DNA of 64,000 nucleotides from Candidatus Sericytochromatia bacterium. Lineage in GTDB: Bacteria; Cyanobacteriota; Sericytochromatia; UBA7694. The stretch covers positions 884-64,883 of the forward strand of contig JBBKWI010000139.1 of NCBI GenBank assembly GCA_037968875.1. Reading direction: 5' to 3'. This document shows positions 32,765 to 41,182 of this stretch, in pieces; the first letter of the stretch is position 1, and every line of letters starts with the position of its first letter. The position numbers were made by a program, and so were the translations under genes. Under the pieces are notes generated by a model. The model was not told the origin of the DNA, searched no databases, and saw nothing but the letters and a program-made list of their open reading frames with translations.

Positions 32765-33520
32765 ATGCTCCCCACCACGATAGCTTCTCAGCCCCCTGCT
32801 GTTCAACATGAGCTCATCTCGTTTAGCATGCTGCAGGCCTTCTGGTGCTGCCCCCGCCTCTATCACTATCGCTATCTTGAACGCTTACCAGGTCTCTCCA
32901 GCGACAGTCTTAGCAGCCAGGTTGGCAGGCGCATTCATGAACAATTGCATCATGATTTTTTGGGTCTAAAAACGCCCCTGAGCACAGAGCCTGAGCAGGC
33001 ACCGCTCTGGCAAAAGTACCAGGCGGCGATCGCGCCCTATCAAGCCTGGCAAGGTCGTAGCGAATGGAGCGGCCACTTGCCGTTTGCTGCAGGTGAGCAA
33101 ACGATCTGGCTGGTCGCTCAAATCGATCGGCTGTATTTTGACTCCGAGCGATTGCTGATCCTGGATTGGAAAACCGGTCAGTCGGGAAAGTCCAGGCAGT
33201 CCGGGCTGGCCCAATTGCAAATGCAGTTTTACGCCTGGCTGCTGTGGCAACACAAAGCGCACTTTGCCGACTCTATTCAGCAGATTGAAACCCAATTGCA
33301 TTATCTCAATGGCGATCTCAATAGTGAAGAACCAGTCATCAGCCAGTGCTACGACGCCAGCCGAATCGCTGACTTAGATACGCAGTTTAACGAACTGATT
33401 CAAAATTTTTTAGGCAGCTCACACCCGGAAGTGCCTGCGCCCCGTTCCGTGCAGGGGGATCTCTGGTGTAAGATGTGTGAATACAACCGACTCTGTCCTG
33501 AAGGAAGAAACCATGCTTGA
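32765..33520 (+). CDS. Cas4/RecB-like PD-(D/E)XK nuclease with Fe-S cluster cysteines (DUF83-like)
   Basis: One N-terminal Cys (FWCCPRLYHYRY), PD-(D/E)XK core ILDWKTG, three C-terminal Cys CKMCEYNRLC. Start ATG 32765 with SD AAAGGA. Confidence 0.65.
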   Translation: MLPTTIASQPPAVQHELISFSMLQAFWCCPRLYHYRYLERLPGLSSDSLSSQVGRRIHEQLHHDFLGLKTPLSTEPEQAPLWQKYQAAIAPYQAWQGRSEWSGHLPFAAGEQTIWLVAQIDRLYFDSERLLILDWKTGQSGKSRQSGLAQLQMQFYAWLLWQHKAHFADSIQQIETQLHYLNGDLNSEEPVISQCYDASRIADLDTQFNELIQNFLGSSHPEVPAPRSVQGDLWCKMCEYNRLCPEGRNHA

Positions 33521-34895
33521 TGATATGCAAAAACTAATCTCACTCTGCAAACGCCGGGGCCTGATTTTTCAGGGCTCTGAAATTTATGGCGGCCTTGCCA
33601 ATACCTGGGATTACGGCCCAATTGGGGTTGAGCTCAAAAAGAAAATTAAAGACCACTGGTGGAAGTCTTTTGTACAAGATCGCGAAGATATCCTCGGTCT
33701 CGATTCGTCGATTTTGCTAAACCCCAAAGTCTGGGAAGCTTCCGGTCACGTCGGTAATTTTGATGATTACCTGATGGACTGCCGCAAATGTAAATCACGC
33801 TTTCGTCCCGATAAAATGATCGAAGAACTGCTCTTTGCCAATGGCGAAAACGCTGATGAAGTCGGTGCCTGGCCCAAAGAGCAGCTTGAAAGTTTTATGC
33901 AAGAGCGCAGTGTTAAATGCCCGGACTGTGGCGCCCAGGATTTCACAGAAATGCGCCAGTTTAATATGATGTTTCAAACCAATCAGGGCGTGGTCGCTGA
34001 TTCGACAACTTCAATCTATTTGCGCCCCGAGACTGCCCAGGGCATTTTCATTAATTTCCGCAATATCATGAACACCCTGCGTCCGCGCCTGCCCTTTGGC
34101 GTCGGCCAGATCGGCAAATCCTTCCGTAATGAAATCACGCCCGGCAACTTTATATTCCGCACCCGTGAATTTGAACAAATGGAAATGGAATATTTTTGCC
34201 ACCCGGATGAGTCGATGGCGCATTACCAGAGCTGGCAGACATTCTGCTGGGAATGGCTGCTGTCACTGGGCATCAAAAAAGAAAACCTGCGCATGCGCGA
34301 ACACAGTGCCGAAGAATTGTCGCACTATTCCAAAGCCACTTCAGATATCGAGTATAAGTTCCCATTCGGTTGGGGCGAGCTCTGGGGCGTGGCCCATCGT
34401 GGTGATTTTGACTTGACCCAGCACCAGGAGCACTCGGGCACGGATCTGAGCTATCAGGATCCCCATACCCAGAAAAAACTGATTCCGCACGTGATCGAGC
34501 CGGCACTGGGCCTCGATCGCCTCTTGCTGACAATCTTAGTCGATGCTTACGACGAAGACGAAGTCAACGGTGAAACCCGCAGCGTCTTGCGTCTGCACCC
34601 GCGCATTGCGCCGATTCAGGTCGCTGTTTTGCCTCTGTCTAAAAAGCTCAATGATGATGCCCATAAGGTCTATAAACAACTTCAGAAGCAATTTGTCTGC
34701 GACTTTGACGTCACCCAGAGTATCGGCAAGCGCTACCGTCGTCAGGACGAAATAGGCACCCCCTGCTGCATTACTTTTGACTTTGATAGCTTAGAAGATC
34801 AGGCCGTCACGATCCGCGATCGCGATAGCATGCAGCAAGAGCGTGTCAAAATCGAGGATTTGCTGCCTTATCTCAACACCCGGTTGAACGTTTAA
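33513..34895 (+). CDS. glyQS: Glycine--tRNA ligase, alpha2 (dimeric) type
   Basis: Class II aaRS, eukaryote/archaeal-like GlyRS signature (LANTWDYGPIGVELKKKIKDHWWKSF, FRNEITPGNFIFRTREFEQMEMEYFC); SD GAAGGAAG before ATG 33513. Confidence 0.9.
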   Translation: MLDDMQKLISLCKRRGLIFQGSEIYGGLANTWDYGPIGVELKKKIKDHWWKSFVQDREDILGLDSSILLNPKVWEASGHVGNFDDYLMDCRKCKSRFRPDKMIEELLFANGENADEVGAWPKEQLESFMQERSVKCPDCGAQDFTEMRQFNMMFQTNQGVVADSTTSIYLRPETAQGIFINFRNIMNTLRPRLPFGVGQIGKSFRNEITPGNFIFRTREFEQMEMEYFCHPDESMAHYQSWQTFCWEWLLSLGIKKENLRMREHSAEELSHYSKATSDIEYKFPFGWGELWGVAHRGDFDLTQHQEHSGTDLSYQDPHTQKKLIPHVIEPALGLDRLLLTILVDAYDEDEVNGETRSVLRLHPRIAPIQVAVLPLSKKLNDDAHKVYKQLQKQFVCDFDVTQSIGKRYRRQDEIGTPCCITFDFDSLEDQAVTIRDRDSMQQERVKIEDLLPYLNTRLNV

Positions 34896-35215
34896 TGCTG
34901 CTTGAGTTTTTTCGGGCGATGCTGAATAAACCAGCGCCGATCGTCTCCCAGGGACCGGCGCAAGATCAGCAAGGGCAGAACCATCAATTGATCTTGTATA
35001 AGTTTGATGCCTGCCCCTATTGTCAGCGGGTGATGACGGTGGTGCGTGAATTGCAAGTGCCGATGCAGTTCAAAGACATTCGTCGAAAGCCTGAGTATCG
35101 CCAGGAGCTGATCCAAATCGGCGGCAAGGCCACCACACCCTGCCTGCTGATCGACGGTCAACCGATGTATGAGTCAGCGGATATTAACGCTTATTTGCGC
35201 AAGCATTATTCCTGA
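34895..35215 (+). CDS. Glutaredoxin-family protein (CPYC active site)
   Basis: YKFDACPYCQRV and conserved TTP...GG glutathione-binding elements. Confidence 0.75.
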   Translation: MLLEFFRAMLNKPAPIVSQGPAQDQQGQNHQLILYKFDACPYCQRVMTVVRELQVPMQFKDIRRKPEYRQELIQIGGKATTPCLLIDGQPMYESADINAYLRKHYS

Positions 35216-35331
35216 CAACGGGTATCAGCAGATCGATGTCCCTGACTCAGATAAGCTCTGATTTGGCAAGATTTACAAAATTATGAGAAAATAGTGACAC
35301 TCAAATCACTTTTACAAACAAGGACTAAACA

Positions 35332-35682
35332 ATGAAAAAAATTATTTTAAGCAGCGGACTCTTTCTGGTTCTGCTAACCCTTAGCGCGTGCCCGGCACCC
35401 AATGCAGCCGATGGCAGTAGCAATGGCTCTACTGATGGCAGTACCTCTGGTAATGTCAATGTTGGTGTCGACGGCAATTTACAAGCCACCAGTCTGACCA
35501 AAGCCCAATATATTCAAATTTTGACCTGTGCCAAAGGCAAAAACCCAGCGGCAGCCGTCGCATTTGATGCACAAATCAATGCGATCAATTCTATCCCTGA
35601 GTCCAGCTGGGCAGTCATTGCCTCTCAGGCTCAGTTTCAGGCCAGCCTGAACCAGGCTGTCGCAGCTGCCTGCGGCGTCTAA
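35332..35682 (+). CDS. Small lipoprotein, paralogue of 36160..36486
   Basis: Lipobox LSAC, Gly/Ser linker, shared NVNV...AQ..Q.ITC..G.. pattern with the convergent neighbour. Confidence 0.6.
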   Translation: MKKIILSSGLFLVLLTLSACPAPNAADGSSNGSTDGSTSGNVNVGVDGNLQATSLTKAQYIQILTCAKGKNPAAAVAFDAQINAINSIPESSWAVIASQAQFQASLNQAVAAACGV

Positions 35683-35699
35683 ATCCGATTTTCAAGCAA

Positions 35700-35733
35700 G
35701 GGCCGTCAGTTACAAATACTGACGGCCCTTTTC
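35700..35733 (+). terminator. Rho-independent terminator
   Basis: GGGCCGTCAGT-tacaaat-ACTGACGGCCC followed by TTTT. Confidence 0.8.
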
Positions 35734-35959
35734 AGTTAGGCCTACTCAAAGCGATAGACTTCAGACTGGGTCTCGAAGGAGCCGTTGGCCGAATACACGC
35801 CACCGGTTAACAAATAAGTCTGTCCACCAGCCTCCACAAAGCTCCACTTGACCTTCCCCCGAAAAAGTGGACACCTGAGAATAAAGGATGACACTTAAAA
35901 AAAGAGTTACAATAGACTTTAGATATTAAGCTTTAACTCAGATTGCGATTCAGTTATAA

Positions 35960-36174
35960 TCTCATGAGAGGTGCTTTATTACGATTCAAGATAACAAATT
36001 GCTCTCTGAGTTTCATTCTCTTGCGGAAGAAGAGCAGAGCCAAGTTATTGATTTCATTGCATTTTTGAAAACAATAACACAAGTAAAAAATTAGAGAAGC
36101 AGCGTTCTTTTGGCGTTTTAAAAAGCGAAGTGTGGATCTCTGAAGATTTTAATAAGCCCTTAGAGGCACTCTAA
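35960..36174 (+). pseudogene. Frameshifted remnant of a DUF2281/VapB-like antitoxin gene
   Basis: Frame 2 encodes ...LSEFHSLAEEEQSQVIDFIAFLKTITQVKN then stop at 36092. Frame 1 continues ...KQRSFGVLKSEVWISEDFNKPLEAL stop at 36172. Together these match the DUF2281 antitoxin N- and C-terminal signatures. There is no in-frame ATG, and no toxin gene follows. Confidence 0.55.
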
Positions 36175-36486
36175 ACCATAATCCACTTGTGACGTCAGCA
36201 GGGTTTTAGCTGTGTTTTGCAAACGGGCTTTGGCGTCGGTTTCGGCATCGTCAGCTTCAAGCAAAACCTTGAGCGAAGCAGCCAGGGCGACCGCATCGGC
36301 GTTGTCGCTTTTCTCAAAGCAAGTGATCGCCTGTTGGACCTGCGCTTCGGTATATTGCTCGACATTGACATTCGCTGAACCGGATTCAAGGATCTCTTCG
36401 CGACTGTTGCCTGTTGAAGCTGTCGGGGAAGGGGTACAGGCAGCTAAGCTGAGTGCCAGTACAGAAATTAAGAATACGCTTTTCAT
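36160..36486 (-). CDS. Small lipoprotein, paralogue of 35332..35682
   Basis: Lipobox LAAC, NVNVEQYTEAQVQQAITC pattern. Confidence 0.6.
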   Translation of the reverse strand: MKSVFLISVLALSLAACTPSPTASTGNSREEILESGSANVNVEQYTEAQVQQAITCFEKSDNADAVALAASLKVLLEADDAETDAKARLQNTAKTLLTSQVDYGLECL

Positions 36487-36528
36487 TTGAGTCTCCTGTT
36501 GGGTCAGTTTTAATTCAGGGCTGAGAGC

Positions 36529-37422
36529 TTAGAGTCTTTTCGCTGTGCGCGGGTCAATCAAGTCACGCAGGCCATCACCCATCAGGTTAAAGGCCACCAC
36601 GACCATCGTGATCGCGATACCCGGGAAGAAGAGTGTCCAGGGCGCCGTGCGGATAAAGTCTTTGCCCTGAGAGAGCATCGTGCCCCATTCGGGAGTCGGC
36701 GGCTGTGCGCCCAGGCCCAAAAAGCTCAGGCCAGCGGTTTCTAAGATCGCCGCACCAATGCCCAGGGTCGCTTGTACGATCAAAGGCGAAAGGCAATTGG
36801 GTAGAATATGGTGAAAGATAATTCGGGTATGGCTGGCACCCATCGCATGGGCCGCTTCAATAAATTCATTATTGCGCACCTGCAACGAAGTCGAGCGCAA
36901 GAGTCGGGCATAAATTGGGATATTGACGATCCCGATCGCGATCATCGCATTAATCAGTCCTGGCCCTAAGATCGCGACAATTAAGATCGCCAGCAGAATG
37001 CTGGGGAAGGCCAATACGATGTCGATTCCGCGCATTAGGACTTCGCCAACGGTGCCCCCAAAATAACCGGCAATAACCCCGATTAAGGAACCAATAATCA
37101 GGGCGATGCCGACGGACAGCAAACCCACCATCAGAGATGTCTGCGCGCCATAAACAACACGGGCATAGATATCTCGACCTAAATCATCGGTACCAAACCA
37201 GTGCGTGGCCGAAGGAGTCATCAAGCGCTCCGAAAGGTTGTTTTCGATCGGACTATAATGGGTGAACAATTGCGGCACAATCGCTAACATTAAAAACATC
37301 AAAACGACGATGCCGCCAAATACAAAAGCCCGATTCCGCAGGACCCGGCGTCCAATTACCAGCAAAGAACCCTGTTCAGTGGGTGCTTGTAAACTTGAGG
37401 TCACCAGATCCTTGGTAATCAT
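36529..37422 (-). CDS. ABC transporter permease, DppC/OppC family (orphan)
   Basis: Six TM helices, EAA-like loop (EAAHAMGASHTRIIFHHILPN), DppC-type N-terminus; start at MITKDLV (37422), abutting the PNP stop. Confidence 0.75.
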   Translation of the reverse strand: MITKDLVTSSLQAPTEQGSLLVIGRRVLRNRAFVFGGIVVLMFLMLAIVPQLFTHYSPIENNLSERLMTPSATHWFGTDDLGRDIYARVVYGAQTSLMVGLLSVGIALIIGSLIGVIAGYFGGTVGEVLMRGIDIVLAFPSILLAILIVAILGPGLINAMIAIGIVNIPIYARLLRSTSLQVRNNEFIEAAHAMGASHTRIIFHHILPNCLSPLIVQATLGIGAAILETAGLSFLGLGAQPPTPEWGTMLSQGKDFIRTAPWTLFFPGIAITMVVVAFNLMGDGLRDLIDPRTAKRL

Positions 37423-37423
37423 T

Positions 37424-38239
37424 TTAGATTTGCTCCATGATGCCGCGCACCAGGCCTTTGAAAACCGTTGAGCTTTCGTTGACCACACGCAGAACGTCTT
37501 CGCCAGTGGCATGGACGCCACCATCAGGGATCGCCATATCTGAAATCAGGGCCAGACCGAGCACTTTCATGCCACGGTGTACAGCCAGAATCACTTCAGG
37601 CACTGTCGACATGCCAATCGAATCGGCACCCCACTGCATCAGCATACGCAATTCAGCCGGTGTAAAGAAAACCGGACCGGTAATGCCGCAGTGCACACCC
37701 TCATGAATTTTGAGGCTTTGAGAGAGGGCCACTTTGTGGGCCAGGTCGCGTAGCTCAGGGGTATAGGCGTCAAACATCACCGGGAAGCGAGGCCCTTGAT
37801 CTTCATCATTGGCTCCGACCAAAGGGTTGCTGCCTGTGAAATTGATATGATCACGGATGATCATAATATCGCCCGCTTTTTGATTATAGTTCAGGCCGCC
37901 GCTGGCGCAGGTCACGATCAGGGTGTGAGCACCCAGTTCTTGCATCACCGCTACAGGCAAAGTAACTTGCTGTTGGGTATAGCCTTCATAGGTATGAAAG
38001 CGACCTTGCATCATCACGACAGACTTGCCGGCTAATTTACCCAGTACCAAATTACCGGCATGGCCCGGAGCGGTTGCTTCGGGGAACTCAGGGATTTCAC
38101 TATAAGGAATAACGGTCGCGTCTTCGACTTCTTCAGCCAAAACGCCCAGGCCTGAACCGAGGATCATGGCATACTCAGGTTTAATCTGACTATGGGCGCG
38201 GATCGTATCCGCAATTTTTTTGATATCTGCTTGTTGCAT
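37424..38239 (-). CDS. Purine nucleoside phosphorylase (PNP/MTAP family, trimeric type)
   Basis: 271 aa; PNP family-2 motifs (ILGSGLG, VMMQGRFHTYEGY, TVPE). Confidence 0.8.
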   Translation of the reverse strand: MQQADIKKIADTIRAHSQIKPEYAMILGSGLGVLAEEVEDATVIPYSEIPEFPEATAPGHAGNLVLGKLAGKSVVMMQGRFHTYEGYTQQQVTLPVAVMQELGAHTLIVTCASGGLNYNQKAGDIMIIRDHINFTGSNPLVGANDEDQGPRFPVMFDAYTPELRDLAHKVALSQSLKIHEGVHCGITGPVFFTPAELRMLMQWGADSIGMSTVPEVILAVHRGMKVLGLALISDMAIPDGGVHATGEDVLRVVNESSTVFKGLVRGIMEQI

Positions 38240-38364
38240 CGTTGCCTTTCTTACGCTGTCATCGCGAGACAGCAGAGCCGCCAGCAGAGCTGGGGCATGC
38301 TAAAATTACACTGGATTATACCACAGCCAGCGCCGCCTGAGCAGTGCTGCCAGCAGTCGTCGCC

Positions 38365-39120
38365 CTAGAGTAAAATTGCGGCCAGATCCATGCTCAATGC
38401 CACTCCCCAATGCAAAGCGGCTCCGCCCCAGATCGAGCGACTTTTATAGGCCAAATACGACAAAACAATCCCGGCAATGATCGCGCCAAAAGACTCCCCC
38501 AGCGGTTTTGAGAAATGGATCATGCAATAGGGAATACTCGTCAGAAAAAAGGTATAGGCCCCCAGGCGGGGATACAAGCCAAAGAGCAAAAAACCGCGAA
38601 AGAAAAACTCCACAGCAGCAAATTGCAGGCCATAGGCCACTTGCCAGATCACAAACAAGAGCCAGGATGTGCGCACATACTTAAAAAAGGGATACATTTG
38701 CTGAAAAGCTGGGGTGCTAGCTGCAATCAAGAGCGGCACCAGCATCAGCCCAAACAAAATCAGGTAAGGCCGGTAATGGGAGCCTAGCCCCCGAAAAGAA
38801 AGTCCATAATCCGCCAGCGACTGATTAAAGCCCCACTTGACCACTGCCAGTGGCACCCCCCAATAGAGCAAGACAATACTGGCACACCAGCCCAGAGAGC
38901 CCCAGATTTCGAGCTGCTCAGCTGCCACCCAGGGCTGGAGCCAACCTGAAATCACGCGATAGCTTGCAAAATAATGCTGCAGGGTCAGCATCACGGCCGC
39001 CACCAGACAAATAATCAGCACGCGCCGATCGAGTTGCTGCCGCAAATGAAGCAGATCTTGCCGCCAGGAACTGCTGGACGTGATAAGCGAGGGGCTATGC
39101 GAAGCTTGATTTTCTGACAT
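38365..39120 (-). CDS. CPBP family intramembrane metalloprotease (CAAX protease / Abi)
   Basis: Motifs AAVEFFFRG (EExxxR), MIHFSKP (FxxxH) and ALHWGVA (HxxxN/D type) within a polytopic membrane protein; start at MSENQAS. Confidence 0.7.
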   Translation of the reverse strand: MSENQASHSPSLITSSSSWRQDLLHLRQQLDRRVLIICLVAAVMLTLQHYFASYRVISGWLQPWVAAEQLEIWGSLGWCASIVLLYWGVPLAVVKWGFNQSLADYGLSFRGLGSHYRPYLILFGLMLVPLLIAASTPAFQQMYPFFKYVRTSWLLFVIWQVAYGLQFAAVEFFFRGFLLFGLYPRLGAYTFFLTSIPYCMIHFSKPLGESFGAIIAGIVLSYLAYKSRSIWGGAALHWGVALSMDLAAILL

Positions 39121-39403
39121 GCTGTCAATATACCGGAAACACGCAAAAAAAACAGTGCCTGAATTTTTGTATACTCCCCGCCCTATAACCAAAGCACACT
39201 AAAAGCAGCGAAGTTTTGTCTTGCACCTAATGAGTTAAATTAATCGTTTTTAATTTAATTCATCATTCAATCGGTTAGAATTAGGTAAGAACGAACATTG
39301 GATTTTAATTGCTATTTAGCTAGAGTCAACTTTAAAAAACGCCTTTGCATAACAAATTAACTATGTTCAACACACCCGTTATCGATTAGTTTTGGAGTAA
39401 ATA

Positions 39404-41170
39404 ATGGACCTACAAGATCAACAAGAGATACACAACGAACAAGTAGAAGATGAACTGTACCGTGCCTATTTAGACTGCTTATTTTTAGACCGCGAACAAA
39501 TCCAGGATATTCTGGCACAGACTCAGACCTATGAAAGCGCTTACCAGGCAGCCATTAATCTCTTAGAGCACATGAAGCTCGATCCCAACCTGGCTTCTCT
39601 GAATCTGCCAGACACTCAAACATTGACCCCCAAGCAATTGCCCCTGTACCTGGACTCTTTGCACCGTGCCCTCTGGCGCCTCTACAAGCGAGGCAAACAG
39701 GTCGACTTTTTGCAATCGATTCAACAAGAGCTCTCTTATTTATTACCCAAGCTCTGGCAAGCGCCTCAGGAACAAAACCAACAACTCAAAAAATTAAAGT
39801 CTCATCTATTAGAGAATGCCGAGCGTTTTGGTAATCGTTCTCTGGCAGCAACCTTAAATCTGCCAACAGAGACTGGCTTTTCCACTATCTTAAAAGCTGT
39901 TGATCAATCTCTGGCCAAAGCCTGGCCCAAACAATTGGGCCTGATCATAAGCCAGGATCAAGCCTTGATCCAACAGATTCTCGCCAATAGCAATGTCTCT
40001 GGTATTGACTGGCAAGTCTTTAGCAACGTCAGCGAAGCTCTGCAAGGAAAATTTTACCAGGATCCCAGCATGCTGATCATTACTTTAGACCAGCCGCGCT
40101 TTTCTTTGGATCGTTTACTCGATACCTTTTCATACTCTGAAGCAATCGCCGTCGTACACGATATGGCCAGCGTACAAGAAAAAATGCTACCTGGCCGCAT
40201 CAGCCATATCCTCGAAGAAAAATGGCTCTCGCGTTTTCTGAGCGGTCTGATTCAACGCAATCTGCTGCAACGCTGGCGTGATGCTCGCTTCCGTAAGCTG
40301 GATTTTTTAACAGGCTTGTCGTCTTTGATTGGCATCAGCGAAAAATACCAGCAATTGCAAGAACTCGTGGCCCGTTTAAAAGGTCCCATGTGTGTCGCCA
40401 TTTTGGATCTGCCGCTCTTGTCTGAGATCGAAAAGCAAGAAGGCCCTTACTTAACAGGCGAATGGCTCAAATCCTTTGGTCGATTTTTGGGCGGTAGCCT
40501 GCGTGGCTCTGATTGGGTCGGACACTGGTCACCAGATAAATTTATATTGCTCTTGCCCCAGACCAATATCCAGGGAGCCGTGATAGCCCTCGAGCGCACC
40601 CTCGACAAAATGAAACGTGAGCACCCCTTACCACTGGATGGCGACGATCCCCAGCGCGTCTTATTCCGAGCCGGCATTACCATGGCCGATAGCCAAATGA
40701 GCTTTGAGCAAGTCTTATTTGAAGGTTATCAACAACTCAAACAGGCGCGTAGCCAGCCAGCAAATCAGATCCTGGCCTATGACGCTAATGCCCTCGAAAC
40801 CGCCTTGCGACCGCATATTTTATTACTTGATGACGATACCATCATCCAGGAAATGCTGCGCTTTATCTTCTCGCGTGAAGGCTACGAAATCACCCAATTA
40901 ATGGACGGCTCTCAGGTACTCGAAACCCTGGAGAAAAAGCCCGTTTCACTGGTGGTGCTCGATCTCAAGATGCCCGGCATGGATGGCTTTGAGGTTTTAG
41001 AGAAAATTCGCTCTCAGCGTCAATATGACAATCTGCCAGTGGTAATACTGTCGTCAATGAAAGGCGAAAGCGATCTCGAACGCGGCTTTGAACTCGGTGC
41101 TGATGATTTTATTCACAAGCCTTTTTCACCGACTGAGTTGGTGATTCGCGCCAAGCGTTTTTTACGTTAG
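39404..41170 (+). CDS. Three-domain protein: unknown N-terminal domain, degenerate GGDEF domain with intact I-site, C-terminal receiver (REC) domain
   Basis: GGDEF fold recognisable (DFLTGL, RGSD-WVGH-WSPDKF in place of RxxD-xxxx-GG[DE]EF, AGITMA). REC with DDD pocket, phosphoacceptor D in VVLDLKMPG, SSMKG, HKPF. Confidence 0.8.
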   Translation: MDLQDQQEIHNEQVEDELYRAYLDCLFLDREQIQDILAQTQTYESAYQAAINLLEHMKLDPNLASLNLPDTQTLTPKQLPLYLDSLHRALWRLYKRGKQVDFLQSIQQELSYLLPKLWQAPQEQNQQLKKLKSHLLENAERFGNRSLAATLNLPTETGFSTILKAVDQSLAKAWPKQLGLIISQDQALIQQILANSNVSGIDWQVFSNVSEALQGKFYQDPSMLIITLDQPRFSLDRLLDTFSYSEAIAVVHDMASVQEKMLPGRISHILEEKWLSRFLSGLIQRNLLQRWRDARFRKLDFLTGLSSLIGISEKYQQLQELVARLKGPMCVAILDLPLLSEIEKQEGPYLTGEWLKSFGRFLGGSLRGSDWVGHWSPDKFILLLPQTNIQGAVIALERTLDKMKREHPLPLDGDDPQRVLFRAGITMADSQMSFEQVLFEGYQQLKQARSQPANQILAYDANALETALRPHILLLDDDTIIQEMLRFIFSREGYEITQLMDGSQVLETLEKKPVSLVVLDLKMPGMDGFEVLEKIRSQRQYDNLPVVILSSMKGESDLERGFELGADDFIHKPFSPTELVIRAKRFLR

Positions 41171-41182
41171 CTTTAGAGCCCG

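Noticed and set aside
35964-36068. ATG-initiated 34-aa ORF (MRGALLRFKITNCSLSFILL...)
   Set aside because: Frame does not carry the conserved antitoxin residues. The conserved DUF2281 signatures are in the other two frames, so this is treated as part of the pseudogene rather than a gene.
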